Notes: generated by a model not told the origin, from the sequence alone. DNA of 63,829 nucleotides, filler included, from Octopus bimaculoides (GCF_001194135.2; 8 parts of 8 records of this genome joined end to end with filler, not necessarily neighbours in it); one strand, 5' to 3'; shown: positions 26,295-39,778, numbered from the whole stretch's first letter. A program made the numbers and translations.

Positions 26295-26710
26295 TNNNNN
26301 NNNNNNNNNNNNNNNNNNNNNNNNNNNNNNNNNNNNNNNNNNNNNNNNNNNNNNNNNNNNNNNNNNNNNNNNNNNNNNNNNNNNNNNNNNNNNNNNNNNN
26401 NNNNNNNNNNNNNNNNNNNNNNNNNNNNNNNNNNNNNNNNNNNNNNNNNNNNNNNNNNNNNNNNNNNNNNNNNNNNNNNNNNNNNNNNNNNNNNNNNNNN
26501 NNNNNNNNNNNNNNNNNNNNNNNNNNNNNNNNNNNNNNNNNNNNNNNNNNNNNNNNNNNNNNNNNNNNNNNNNNNNNNNNNNNNNNNNNNNNNNNNNNNN
26601 NNNNNNNNNNNNNNNNNNNNNNNNNNNNNNNNNNNNNNNNNNNNNNNNNNNNNNNNNNNNNNNNNNNNNNNNNNNNNNNNNNNNNNNNNNNNNNNNNNNN
26701 NNNNNNNNNN

Positions 26711-26763
<53 letters not shown>

Positions 26764-27472
26764 ATTTAAAAATATAATTTACTGATTTCATCCGTCTATG
26801 CTTGCTGTAATTATATACAAGAAATATTTTTAAATTCACCATTTCCACTACAAAGAGAAAGCAAGAAAGAGTATTATATAAATAAAAAAGAAAAAGTGCA
26901 ATATGTAAGAATTTCAATATATTTTCTACTATATGTTATATTTAAAAAAAACACAAAATGCGAAAGTTACGTAAATCAAATATAAGAAACAGAACAAAGC
27001 TATTTTGAAAGATTTTATTAGAAGAGTTTACAATACATAGAGGTAAAAATATACCTCTGCAGCTTACATGATAGAACGTAAAGTGCAGAGCTGAGGCAAA
27101 AGGGCGTGGAAGAGAGGTAAGTATACCACAAGCTAAAAAGAAACCCCATCTCTTTTCAAACCACAATTCCAATAACACATTTCACGTATGTTACATGTCA
27201 TTTATGCTCTAGAGAGATGCATGAATGTGATAAACTTTCATCTATTCTTTTTGCTAGCTTGCAATGTCAAGTTCAATACCCAATGTACGACTGAAGTTGG
27301 GTGAATCTAGCATATAAGGCATTGCTGTATGGTTTAGAAGTTTTCTTCGCAATTATGTTGTTACAGGGTCGATCTCACTGCGTAAAACATTAAGTAAACG
27401 CCTTCTACTATTGCCAATGCCTTGTGAGTAGAGTTTGGTAGACGGAAGTTATACATAATCCACACACACACG

Positions 27473-27547
<75 letters not shown>

Positions 27548-28837
27548 GCACACACGCACGCGCACACACATACACGCGTATTCGTTGTTGGCGGAGGGAA
27601 GCAGTATTAGTACCGAATAGCAATTTTTATATCTTACTTAGCGCGGATATACTAAAAGAAACCCACAATATTGCGGTATTCGTCCTGAGAAGGTATATCA
27701 TATAGACATATAGTGCTGATCACTCTTGTTCTATGTATCAGTACTGGGAAAATTTGTCTAAGTAAGCAGTGAGAGTGGATACTTGCTACTGATTATGCGC
27801 AAATACGCAGAAATCACGCGATATAGCAATTTTAATATCACTGCTGGACACTTTTCTCTTCTACTGATACTTCTGTGCTTTTTAGCACTATACGTTTATA
27901 CAAGATGTCTTCTCAAGACGAAGACCACAGTATTGTGATCTTTTAGTATATCTACAGCAAGATATACAGATTGCTCTCTCTCTCTGTCTTTCAGTCTCAC
28001 TGTCTCTCTATCTGTCTGTCTCGTTTTCTGTCTCTCTTGATATATATGTATATACACCCATACAGAAGCACACATATACATAAATACAAAGCCTTGTATG
28101 TGTTTGTGTTTATGTATGTCCTTTATGTAAAATTGATAAATAAGAGCTATAGAACAAATATCAGACTTGAATGATTATTGTGGAAAATATGATCGAATAA
28201 AACATCTTCACCACAGAGTCCCATACTTAAAATTTTTAAAAAAGTAATAATATTTTCAGGGTACCGTTGAATTATACCACTTTCGCTCATTTAAGCAACA
28301 AACCCTGTTAACTCTGCACCAAAGATTCTTATAAAACTCTCATATTTAAACAACGTACTTTGCCAACTGTGTACCAAAGAATCCTCGTACATGCTCATAT
28401 TTGATTAGCGAACCCTTCTAAATTTGTACTGAAGCAACTTACAAACTGAATCTATGATGCGTGCGTTTTTGTGTATGTGTTTATATTTGTATATACGTTT
28501 TCCGGGTATGTATATGCATGTGCGTATAAACTGCGTTTTGTATATCCGCATATGTATGTGTGTGTGCGTGTAGAGATGTATATATATGAGCGTAGTGATG
28601 CGCATGGGTATATATGCGTGTATGCGTAGACATATATATGTATATATATGTTTGTATGTATATTTACACGCGTGTGTGAGTATGTAATGCATACATGTGT
28701 GTGTGTTTGTGTGCGGTCATGTATGTGTGTGTGAATATGTGTGCATATTCTGATTCTATGAATGAAGTATTACTTTCACCATGCCTATTGGAGTAATTTC
28801 CCTTTATTCAACGTTTTTTTTCCATTGCGCCTTGTCT

Positions 28838-28901
28838 TAATAACTGATGAGATGCCGGAGCAGACTTCAGCCCCGGTATTCGAAACTCTGAGTTGTATTA
28901 T
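28838..28901 (+). ncRNA. Type-I hammerhead ribozyme motif (solo pLTR-like context)
   Basis: TAATAA-CTGATGA-GATGCCGG..CCGGTATTC-GAAA-CTC t GAG-T-T-GTATTA. Core intact; one mismatch at the base of stem I. Confidence 0.75.
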
Positions 28902-29233
28902 GGCAACCAACTAATTGTCATATATTTATAGATAAATTCTCTATTTTACATAATATCGAGGTCTCATTCATTCTTTTGTTGTCATATTATTATTATTAAT
29001 ATTTATACATATGTATATATATATTTCGCTAACCTTTGATATACTAAATAGTTATAATATATACAACAATATGTATAAATTTATGGTATTTTCCAAATTA
29101 TTAAGGATTATCAAATATGTCACACATCCTACTCTACATGTATATATTTATATATCCTCTTACATACATACGTGTATATATAAACGCATACATATTTACA
29201 TATATATATTTACACACGAACGCGCGCACACAC

Positions 29234-29293
<60 letters not shown>

Positions 29294-29337
29294 NNNNNNN
29301 NNNNNNNNNNNNNNNNNNNNNNNNNNNNNNNNNNNNN

Positions 29338-29349
29338 TTAATTAATTAA
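29338..29349. other. Artificial six-frame-stop spacer TTAATTAATTAA (also 33956, 39823, 44123, 51116, 60037, 62361)
   Basis: The same palindromic 12-mer is flanked by exactly 44 N on each side, seven times. Confidence 0.95.
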
Positions 29350-29995
29350 NNNNNNNNNNNNNNNNNNNNNNNNNNNNNNNNNNNNNNNNNNNNTTAGTGT
29401 GTGTATGTATTTTTTTAATACGAATTTGCTTCGGCAGAACTCAATATAGTTATGCTGTAGAGTAAAACATCAGGTAAGTACAGAGGGGAAATATGAATTA
29501 ATGTCAAACGAGCAGAAGTTGCTTAATCACCTTCGTTCGTTTACAGCTGTTTTCTCCGTAAGATGCATTGCACTCAATGCTGCGTGGTAGAGAAGCATCT
29601 GTTTTTCTTCCTCTCTACGTAATATGTGCGTTTATTCTTGTTTAGAAATACAAAAAATATATGTTTAGATGTTTGTTAGCCGCTTGGCGAAGTTTTCACC
29701 CTCAAACTAATATCAAATATGAATTGGCATGTAACTAAATCTAAATACTTTCCACTGTAAACATAAACTTCATGTAAATGCCTCCGTGAAAGCTATAGGG
29801 TATCATACGAGTGTTCAACTTCGAGTGCAATGCTTTTATAGAAGAAACAGCTACAAGTTAATGAAAATTATTACGTGGGTATTCTTGTTTTGTCATTAAT
29901 ATAAATATATGTGTGTGTGTGTGTGAGAGAGCATATATATGTGTGTATGGGTGTGTGTAAGAATATGTATATTTTTTAATAGTTTATCTTTCAAA

Positions 29996-30150
29996 GGCAT
30001 CGAGCTGGCGGAAACGTTAGCACACCGGACGAAATGCTTAGCGATATTTCGTATGTCTTTACGTTCTGAGTTCAAATTCCACCGAGGCCGATTTTCCCTT
30101 TCATTCTTTCGGGGTTGATAAATTATGTATATGTTACGTATTAGGGTCGA
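29996..30150 (+). mobile_element. SINE family B
   Basis: GGCATCGAGCTGGCGGAAACGTTAGCAC head and conserved body. Confidence 0.85.
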
Positions 30151-30159
30151 ATCTCCCCG

Positions 30160-30290
30160 AGAACTACGTTAAAGGTACCCGTGTATGTGGGGTGCTCAGT
30201 CACTTGCACGTTAATTTCACGAGCAGGCTGTTCCATTGATCGGATCAACTGGAACCCTCATCGTCGTAACCAAGAGTGCCACGTCGACGA
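30160..30290 (+). mobile_element. SINE family C, 3' half
   Basis: CCCGAGAACTACGTTAAAGGTAC...CACTTGCACGTTAATTTCACGAGCAGGCTG matches 55936-56315. Confidence 0.8.
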
Positions 30291-31214
30291 ACACACACAT
30301 ACTCAAAAACCGCCTGCTGACCTTCCACTTACCATTGTCCATAAGCATCCACTAACTATTCCTGCTACTAATTCCTTCCACTACGTCACACACACAAACA
30401 CACATGCACACTAACAGATAAACCACCAAACCATGCACACACACACACACACATACATACGCACACACACGTTCTGTTATCACACACACACTCGCACGCA
30501 CAGATATTCATCTCCCTTTTTCACTCTCCTGTCTTAGAAAAAACTTTTCCCCCACCACCTCCTCTTCCGGTCCTTTCACAATGTAACCTCGTGGCCATCG
30601 GTACCATTTTCCTCTTTCTCCGTTCTTCCATTCTCCNNNNNNNNNNNNNNNNNNNNNNNNNNNNNNNNNNNNNNNNNNNNNNNNNNNNNNNNNNNNNNNN
30701 NNNNNNNNNNNNNNNNNNNNNNNNNNNNNNNNNNNNNNNNNNNNNNNNNNNNNNNNNNNNNNNNNNNNNNNNNNNNNNNNNNNNNNNNNNNNNNNNNNNN
30801 NNNNNNNNNNNNNNNNNNNNNNNNNNNNNNNNNNNNNNNNNNNNNNNNNNNNNNNNNNNNNNNNNNNNNNNNNNNNNNNNNNNNNNNNNNNNNNNNNNNN
30901 NNNNNNNNNNNNNNNNNNNNNNNNNNNNNNNNNNNNNNNNNNNNNNNNNNNNNNNNNNNNNNNNNNNNNNNNNNNNNNNNNNNNNNNNNNNNNNNNNNNN
31001 NNNNNNNNNNNNNNNNNNNNNNNNNNNNNNNNNNNNNNNNNNNNNNNNNNNNNNNNNNNNNNNNNNNNNNNNNNNNNNNNNNNNNNNNNNNNNNNNNNNN
31101 NNNNNNNNNNNNNNNNNNNNNNNNNNNNNNNNNNNNNNNNNNNNNNNNNNNNNNNNNNNNNNNNNNNNNNNNNNNNNNNNNNNNNNNNNNNNNNNNNNNN
31201 NNNNNNNNNNNNNN

Positions 31215-31266
<52 letters not shown>

Positions 31267-34200
31267 GTCCGTTTAGCTTACTGCTATACATATATACTTA
31301 GATATGTATGCAAGTATGTATGCTATCTGAATATTGGAGAAGAGTTCCTGGTATCATGATAATTCACACCGGATATTAAAATGCTGACGTCATGGTTGCT
31401 GCTCAATACTCTCTGAACACTCAACAGCTTGTGAGACGTGACATGGACGGCTGCAACGGAGACTACGATGCTGTGGCCAGCAGGAAGTGCTGGAGAAAAA
31501 ATGGAGACAGAACGAAAAAACGGAGAGAGAAAAATAGTGTGTAGGGATAACAGTTTATGCTGGAATGGGGAATAGGAAAAAAAAAAAGAAAGGTTAAAGC
31601 GAAAATAATAAAGTTATTAACGTTCGAAGTTCAAAAAGTGCAGAAAGGTCGAGAAGTCATGGTAAATTTGTACGATATATATCAACGAAAATGAACAGTA
31701 AGATCCATGAAGGTAAAGTCCGAAAAATACAAACATCCAATGGTAGTCCTGGTGGACTGATGCTTAGATGGATGAAGAGAGGTACCGAAAACTCGAGAAG
31801 GTAGGAGAGTTGAGAGTTCAGGAGAGTAGGAGATTCAGTCAAGCAGGATCAAATGTGAAAGTGTGTTAAATATAGTTCAAAGACAGGTGAGGGAACAACA
31901 AACAGGTGTATTAGTCTGACGCTCGCTAAGAATGGAAGAGTCTTTGGCATATATNNNNNNNNNNNNNNNNNNNNNNNNNNNNNNNNNNNNNNNNNNNNNN
32001 NNNNNNNNNNNNNNNNNNNNNNNNNNNNNNNNNNNNNNNNNNNNNNNNNNNNNNNNNNNNNNNNNNNNNNNNNNNNNNNNNNNNNNNNNNNNNNNNNNNN
32101 NNNNNNNNNNNNNNNNNNNNNNNNNNNNNNNNNNNNNNNNNNNNNNNNNNNNNNNNNNNNNNNNNNNNNNNNNNNNNNNNNNNNNNNNNNNNNNNTGGGA
32201 CATGAGTACTTTTAGATACGTATAATCGCCGGCAACACACCATGCATCTTTTGAGGTTTTTCCTCACAAGAAATATCATTATTTTTTCTATTTGTGATTT
32301 GTTTTTTTAATTTTTTTATGTTGTTACGTGTGAGTTTTTCTCTCTACCAACCGGTTCGTATATGAGGCACCATGCTATGTTATCTTTTCTTATACCTAGT
32401 AATGAAGTTGCACAAATTTTTTTTTTCTTTTTTTTTTTTACATCCTCAAGCAAAAATTGGTCACACAGAATAACTATCATCAAATCATTTCCAGCCGTAA
32501 GCAACCGGTCTCGAAGTACATCTATGATTGCATTGCTCGATGTGTCATCCCCTCTTCTTTTAAAGATGGTAATGTGAGATTTAAGGGAGATCTAACCGCC
32601 ATTTCTAGCAGGTTAAATGACTATTGAAGCTAGCCTACCAGTTCTCGATATGCAAATTTTGGAATTACATAGAAGTCATTATTGTGTCTATTATTGTTAT
32701 TGTTGTTGTTCTTGGTCATGTTTTGCTGTCGTTTTTTTAACCATAGGTCAACAACAATTTAAGATCTTAGACAAGCTTAATGTGTTCTACTTTTTAAATT
32801 TTCTTGTTCAATTTTGTCACAGATAATTAAAACTACATTATCCAATGCGGCTCTACTTTCCCGGCGAAAAACGTTAGGGCGTGATTTAAAAGAGATATGG
32901 CTACCATTTCTGGTGAACCGCGCGACCACATAAGGACTCCGTCGTTCGCTCTACATGAGATTGTTTGACATTGGGCGTGGTGAAAATTGCCTATCTTTCT
33001 ATAATTTTCAATAGAATGGTAATTTAGGTAATCACAATGCTTAAGTGGCACTTTGCCATACACTTTCTTCGACTAAGTGCTTCATTACAGCAGAACGGAA
33101 TTCCATTGGAAGCATTCCATAAACACGTTAGATTAAAACAGCAAAGAGGTTTCGCGTAATCTCTATATCTCCACGTGTTATCGGCTACGAAATAAGTAAA
33201 CAAATAGAGTCAAAAGCTGCCACAGATATAATCATTGCTAAACAATGCATACGATCATTATTTTGGAGCCAAATCTACCATTTCTAAGAACCATGTAATG
33301 ACCCTTAGTGTATCAGTCAATCGTTATGTTTACTGATCGCTATCAGCGCTGTAGATTTATATGGTTTAAACTCTGCTCAGATTGGTTAAGAAGGTCTAAT
33401 ATACGGTTTAGTTTTAGTAGTATCTAGCATCTAGTTCTGTAGAGGAGTACCCGAAGAGTTGTGTGCATATACATTTATGTATATGTGTGTATATATATAC
33501 ACATATACAGATAGGTCAAAAATTGTACATATGTGTGGGCGTGTTAGTGTGCATGTGTATGTATAAGTGTATGCCTAATTACATATATGTATGTGTGCGT
33601 GTGAATATGTATTATTTTTATACGCATATAATTATTAATAATTACACTCGCACACACTCATACACACACATATATACATATACAAATATTTATACATGTG
33701 CAATTATTTATGCTCCTCTCCCTCTCTTCTATCTTTTCTCTTTCAAAGAAAATATTTCTCCAGCGTTCGCTATTTTAGCCTCGTTCTGGTCTAAAGACCC
33801 TCCTTGCTTCTTTTGTGCGGTTTCCTTGTATGTCTCCACTGTCCTGTTTTTGTTCCCAACTTTGACTCTCAATAAATCCCAAATTTTATTTTGGTACTTA
33901 TGGGAGCAACTNNNNNNNNNNNNNNNNNNNNNNNNNNNNNNNNNNNNNNNNNNNNTTAATTAATTAANNNNNNNNNNNNNNNNNNNNNNNNNNNNNNNNN
34001 NNNNNNNNNNNAACAGAAATAAAATTAACATTAAAAAATTCATGGTCAAAGAGAGGTAAATCTAGCAAAATAATATATATTTTTTAGAATCTAAATAATT
34101 CACTCAATGTGATTAATCCTATCAAATCATTATATTGATTTTTTAATAAAAATATTTTCGAGACAATTAAAGGATATGTAATCAAGATAATTAAGAAATT

Positions 34201-34395
34201 CATCATCATCATCGTTTAACGTCCGCTTTCCATGCTAGCATGGGTTGGACGATTTGACTGAGGACTGGTGAAACCGGATGGCAACACCAGGCTCCAATCT
34301 GATTTGACAGAGTTTCTACAGCTAGATGCCCTTCCTAACGCCAACCACTCAGAGAGTGTAGTGGGTGCTTTTACGTGTCACCCGCACGAAGGCCA
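34201..34395 (-). mobile_element. Retroposon 3' tail with (ATG)n end
   Basis: (CAT)n run followed by TTTAACGTCCGCTTTCCATGCT...GATGCCCTTCCT, a common SINE/LINE tail motif. Family assignment is from memory. Confidence 0.55.
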
Positions 34396-34749
34396 GTCAG
34401 GCAGTACTGGCAAAATTATAAATTATAAAACAAAAATAAATTAGGTTACACTCAAATAGCAACCATTGAAACCTTAAATATACATTACATTAACTTAGTA
34501 GTGAGATTAAATAAATGAAGGGATTTAATCGATAAAGCAAGCAGTCAAAACTAATTTCGATCTCATCTATACAAAAATTACATAGAATTATAAGAGAAAC
34601 ATCAATAAAGTAAGAATCAAACTTACCATTGTACATATAAGAAAAGGTTATATGAAATTAAAGCTAAACTAAGCAAATATAATATCCTGGTATGTAGTTA
34701 AAGCTAAATCAAGTTAAAATAATATCCTAGTATGTAGTTAACTAACCTC

Positions 34750-35240
34750 GCCAAAGTAGATTTATTAAAAAAATAAAAACATATGCTTACATCTGAAAGC
34801 TTTATATGTGATTTTGTTAACTAGGTCACCCTTAGAGAAAAGTATGAAATACAATTCTAAATTACAGAAGGAACAAAAATCTTTGCCCTTGTCGTAAGGA
34901 AACTACTTTCCTATAATTGACCATTCTAAAGAATACTCTTTATTTTGGTCTTTAAGTTGCCAAATAAATCTACTAAGCCCCGTGCTATTTTGTTTCTTTC
35001 TATCTCTAAATGTTGAATAATGGTTCGATATTCTTTTCGAAATTTCGAGCAAAGACAATCCAATATAAACCCTAATTTCATTTTCAGTTAATACATTGCA
35101 CTGGTATTCAGTATTTTTGGTCTTAGTATATACACTTAGGAATTTAATTCTATTAGGATTTAATTCTGATATTACTATTTTGTTGTTATTATTAATATTC
35201 GTATTATTATTTTTGTTGACTTTTAAAAATAGAAACCATT
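34750..35240 (-). mobile_element. PLE GIY-YIG endonuclease fragment
   Basis: EYQC..VYIGLS..KRISNHYSTF..STGLSRFIWQLK..LEWSI, then PYDKG..CSFC..LVNK..RCKH. Confidence 0.85.
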
Positions 35241-35349
35241 TTGATTCTCTTTGAAAAATAGAAACCATTACGAAACCTCTTTCTTTTCACTTTCGTTTCT
35301 TTTTTTTTTTTTCGCTTTATCTCTACAATTATTTGAATTACAAATCCCA

Positions 35350-36055
35350 TTTAGAATTACGAATTTTCATTTTTCGTTTTCCTACACATCTTCGTTACCT
35401 GCTCCCACTCTCTTTTTCATAAGTACCGCTTCCTCGCTCTTTCTCTCCTTCATCTCTTTACACCTACCTCTCTCCCTCTCTGTCTTCCATATCTTACTCT
35501 TTTTCTCATCTCTCTCCCTCGCCTTCATATCTTCCTCTTTTCTCAGTTCTCTTTCCATATCTCACTCTCTTTCTCATCTCTCTCCCTCGCTTTCATATCT
35601 TCCTCTTTTCTCAATTCTCTTTCCTTTTCTTTGTATCTCACGTCTTCCTCTCCTTCTGTCACCTCACCCTCTCCCTCATATACTTCTCATTTTCCCCCTC
35701 TTCTCAGTCCGTTTCTCCCTTTCTCTTACATCCTTCATCCTTTCCTGTCTCTCCCTCAGTCTGTCTCTTTTTCTCTTCCAATCCTCTCCCTCCCTCTGTC
35801 TCTCTTTCTCCTCCCCTCCTCTCCGTCACTCTGTCTCTCTATCTCTTGCCCTCCTCTCCTCACTCTGTCTCTCTTTCTCTCCCCTTCCTCTACTTCCTTC
35901 TGTCTCTCTAACACCCCACACTCTCTCTCTTCCTCATATCACACTCTCTCTTTCCTTCATATCTCCCTCTCTCCTTCCCTATCCCCCACTCTGTGTTCTT
36001 TTCTACCTACTGCTAACTTTCACTTCCTCTCTATCCTCTACTCCCCTTCTGGGCT
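35350..36055. repeat. Pyrimidine-rich (CT-type) low-complexity tract
   Basis: About 700 bp almost free of G, directly upstream of the LINE ORF1 ATG. Confidence 0.85.
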
Positions 36056-36067
36056 TAAAAAACGAAG

Positions 36068-36990
36068 ATGGCACCAAAGTGGGAGAAGAAAGAATTAAAT
36101 CTTCTGTTGCGAGCATNNNNNNNNNNCAAAGTGGGAGAAGAAAGAATTAAATCTTCTGTTGCGAGCATGGATGATTGCTAGTGGCGATCCGCCAAACAAC
36201 ATCATCACTGCTGCACTGAAAAACAAAGGCTTTCACAGAACCACTGATCAGATAGAGCGGAAGAAAAATGAATTCCTCTGATCCTATATGCTCATCAGAC
36301 CACACATTGACACCCTGGATGTCATAATCGAAAACTATTGTGGAAAGGCTGATAAGGATGGAGAAGATGAAAAGGAAACAACACTTGGAAGTCTCTTTGA
36401 TCCAGTGGCTATTCAAAGAATGGATCACCCACCCCTGTGAACGACCAGGTAGAAAAGGATAGTGGAGCCAAGGAAGCAGCAACTAGAAGCCCCTCTGTGC
36501 CAGTAGTCCTACAAAGGAAAGGAGGCCTCACCCCATTGGATAACCAGAGGAAAACAGTACCCACTACGAGAAAAGGAAGAACGGAACACAAGCATAAAGA
36601 AGGAAAAGGAAAATGTAAAAATAAAAATTTAAAAACCAACACCCCAATCCACCAAAAAAAGACCAGAAAACCCCAAGGAGGATCCAATGCCATCCAAGAT
36701 CCTACAGGAAAGAAGAAATTTGGAAGGCACTCAAGAACCTGCAAATTTTACCTGCAAGGCAAATGTTGGCATGGGGAAGATGGCAAAAACTGCTGGTTTG
36801 CCCACCCGACACCCCGCCAAAACTACAAAGGCCTAAATGATAAAAATTTCCCTGAGGAAAGATAACAAATGTCTCCAAGGAAAAAAATTCACCAAAAAAG
36901 TGCGCTCTTCAGAGATTATACGCAATGCAGCAGCTCAGCAAGGGTCTTTTTTGTACATGGCACAAAAGATTGTGCAGCAGCTGACGTAGC
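36068..36990 (+). pseudogene. LINE ORF1 remnant: Myb/SANT-like N-terminus plus CCCH zinc fingers
   Basis: MAPKWEKKELNLLLRAW...IITAALKNKGFHRTTDQIERK; CKFYLQGKCWHGEDGKNCWFAH (C-x7-C-x8-C-x3-H) plus two decayed finger-like repeats. Confidence 0.65.
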
Positions 36991-39778
36991 TACACCAAAC
37001 ACAGACAAGGAACCTTGCCCACCACTGCGCAAGACCACCACAGTCAACAGACATGGGATGGCCTCCCCTAACACCTGCACAGGCATCACGCCAATATTTT
37101 TACTAAATATTGGGGGCCTGTTGCATTATAATAATAAAAGCAAAATTTCTTTCCTGAGAGACTTTCCTGCATGCAATCAAGCCCTATGCATAGCACTCGT
37201 GGAAACTCACCTCAGCCCTGATATAGAGGATGCAGAAGTACACGTACCAAAATATGTCATACTGCGAACAAACAGAAGGGAAAGGAGCCATGGTGGAGTT
37301 CCTGTATACATCCAAGACAAACTCACACCCCAGGTCTTACTGTCATACTCAAATTCGGTTTGTGACACCCTAATTGTATACATAAGACAACATAATATAG
37401 TCATATGCAATACATATTGCCCACCGGATGCTCCAAACCACATAGGCAAGTTTGAAGATTGCATCACAAGAATTAAAGAAATCCTCATGAAACTGGAACA
37501 CCATGTGACCATATTTCTTATTGGTGATTTCAACTTCCTCAACGTCAAATGGCTCGAAGATCTCATACTCTCAGGAATGACTCATTGCAAGCAAGCGCAG
37601 GTGGAGTCCCTGCTCAACCTCACCAATGCCCTATTCATGGATCAAGCTGTACTCAGACCAACTAGGGAAAATAACATTCTGGATCTCTTCTTCACGAACA
37701 ATATGGACATCATTCATGATGTGAAAATGACGCCGACATTAGTCTCGGATCACAACATAATAGAGCTGTCTATGTTTGGGCCAAAAGAAACCAAAGACAT
37801 ACAGCCTAAAGGAAGCACCCAAAATCTCTCCAATCTGAAGTTCCACAAAGCAGACTGGAAATCAATCCAGAAAGAGACCCCCAGAGAGGATTGACCAAAA
37901 GGTCTCTCCACACCAGACATTGACATGAAACTAGAATGTTTCATGTCTATTGTGCAAGCCATATGCCAGAAATATGGCTTGCACAAGGCCAAAACAAATA
38001 GGAACAAGATTCCAAGGGAGAGGAAGATCCTCATGAGACAACGAACGAAAGTTGCAAATCGACTCAACCAGCATCTCAAAAGTAGCGAAAGGTCCCACCT
38101 AAAAACGACACTGATGGAGATAGAAAAAAGGCTGCAACAATCCTATGTGAGGGAGAGAGCAAACAAAGATGACTGGGTTATAAAAAACATTAAGTCAAAT
38201 CCAAAGGCCTTCTTTCATTACGCGAAAGAAACAGCCTCAGTACACTGCAAGATTGGACCCCTCTTCGAAAAGGATGGCACCCTCACAGACAGTCCAACTA
38301 GGATCAGTGAGGTACTGAATGAGCAGTTCAAAAGTGTCTTCACCACTCCATTGGAGCACTGACAAGTGAACAAACCAGTGGACTTCTTTGCTACCTCCCC
38401 TATAACCAGAGAGGCAGTTATGATAGAATACATCAATATTAGTGAAGATGTACTACTAGCTATAGATGAAGTGGACACAAACTCAACTGCTGGTCCTGAT
38501 GGTTTCCCAGCAATCCTCCTTAAATCATGCAAGCATGCCCTGGCAAAACCCCTCCAGATCCTCTTCCAGAGCTTTCTTACAAATGGCAGACTGCAAAGCA
38601 AGCTAAAGGAGGGAATAATATGCACAATCCATAAAGGGGGAAGCAGAGCAGATGCCAAAAACTATAGGCCTATCTCTCTGACTTTGCACATGAGCAAAGT
38701 CATGGAAAGGATAGTCAGAGGAAAACTAATCGCATTCCTTGAAGAAAATAACTTGCTGAGTGATACCCAACATGGTTTTCGACCAGGTAGGAGCTGCCTG
38801 ACCCAGCTCTTACAACAATATGACTGGGTGTTGAGGTAGTTACTCAACAACTCAAATGTGGACATAATATACCTTGATTTTGCAAAAGCTTTTGACAAAG
38901 TGGATCATGGTATGATATGCCACAAATTGCGTGATTTTGGCATAGCTGGAACACTTGGAGAGTGGTTACATGACTTTCTGAAAGATAGAAGTCAGGCAGT
39001 AGTGGCTAATGGAGCCACATTTATGAAAACACAAATAATGAGCGGTGTTCCACAGGGCACTGTCTTGGGACCATTACTTTTTATAGTCGCCCTCTCAGAT
39101 ATGCCCTTAAGTGCCCGAATAGCTACCCTTGCAAGCTACGCAGACGATATGAAAGTCTCGCAGAAAATACAGAACTCCAGTGATGTTGCACATCTGCAAC
39201 AGGAATTGGACTCAATTTACAGATGGGCTGAGGATAATAATATACAGTTTAATGCTGAAAAATTCCAAGCCCTGCGCTACCTACGTCCAAAACTGAATAT
39301 GAAACTTACAGAGTACACTGGTCCACAGGGAATTTCAATCCCAGAGCCTAAATCAGTGAGAGACCTGGGTGTCGACATGAGTGATGANNNNNNNNNNCCA
39401 CAGGGAATTTCAATCCCAGAGCCTAAATCAGTGAGAGACCTGGGTGTCGACATGAGTGATGATACCTCTTTCCACGTGCACATTACCAGGATGGCAACAA
39501 AGTACAGACGATTGGCTGGATGGATCCTGAGAACATTAAGAACCAGAGATAAGGAAACCATGATGATCCTCTGGAGGATATTCATCCTCAGCCGCCTGGA
39601 TTGCTGTTCACAGCTATGGCCACCCACCAGTGTGAAATTAACAGCGGACCTTGAAGCAATCCAGAGAAGATTCACAAAGAAGATTGTCTCTTTGCAACTG
39701 CTCAGCTACTGGGAAAGGCTCAAACAGCTAAGACTCTACTCTCTGGAGAGAAGACGGGAGAGGTATGCAGTAATATAC
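36068..39778 (+). mobile_element. CR1/L2-group (APE-RT) LINE, nearly full length, 3' end cut by contig edge
   Basis: ORF1 remnants, then APE (LLNIGGL, LVETHL, GGV, IGDFN, NILDLFF, SDHN) and RT (GPDG, NYRPISL, QHGFRPGRSC, YLDFAKAFDKV, GVPQGTVLGPLLF, YADD, DLGV, RLYSLERRRER). One frame from 36869, with in-frame stops at 37892, 38360 and 38837. Confidence 0.95.

Noticed and set aside
35251-36150. 299-aa hydrophobic Ser/Leu ORF that looks like a membrane protein
   Set aside because: It is the translation of a C/T low-complexity tract.
36075-36168. 42-bp direct repeat at the LINE 5' end (possible TSD or tandem 5' repeat)
   Set aside because: The same 10-N gap overlap artefact.
37892-38839. Programmed readthrough of the LINE ORF2 stops
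   Set aside because: They are more simply point nonsense mutations (e.g. TGG to TGA) in a decaying copy; no recoding signal seen.
39323-39462. Apparent tandem duplication in the RT (PQGISIPEPKSVRDLGVDMSD x2)
   Set aside because: Identical sequence on both sides of a 10-N gap, i.e. an unmerged contig overlap.
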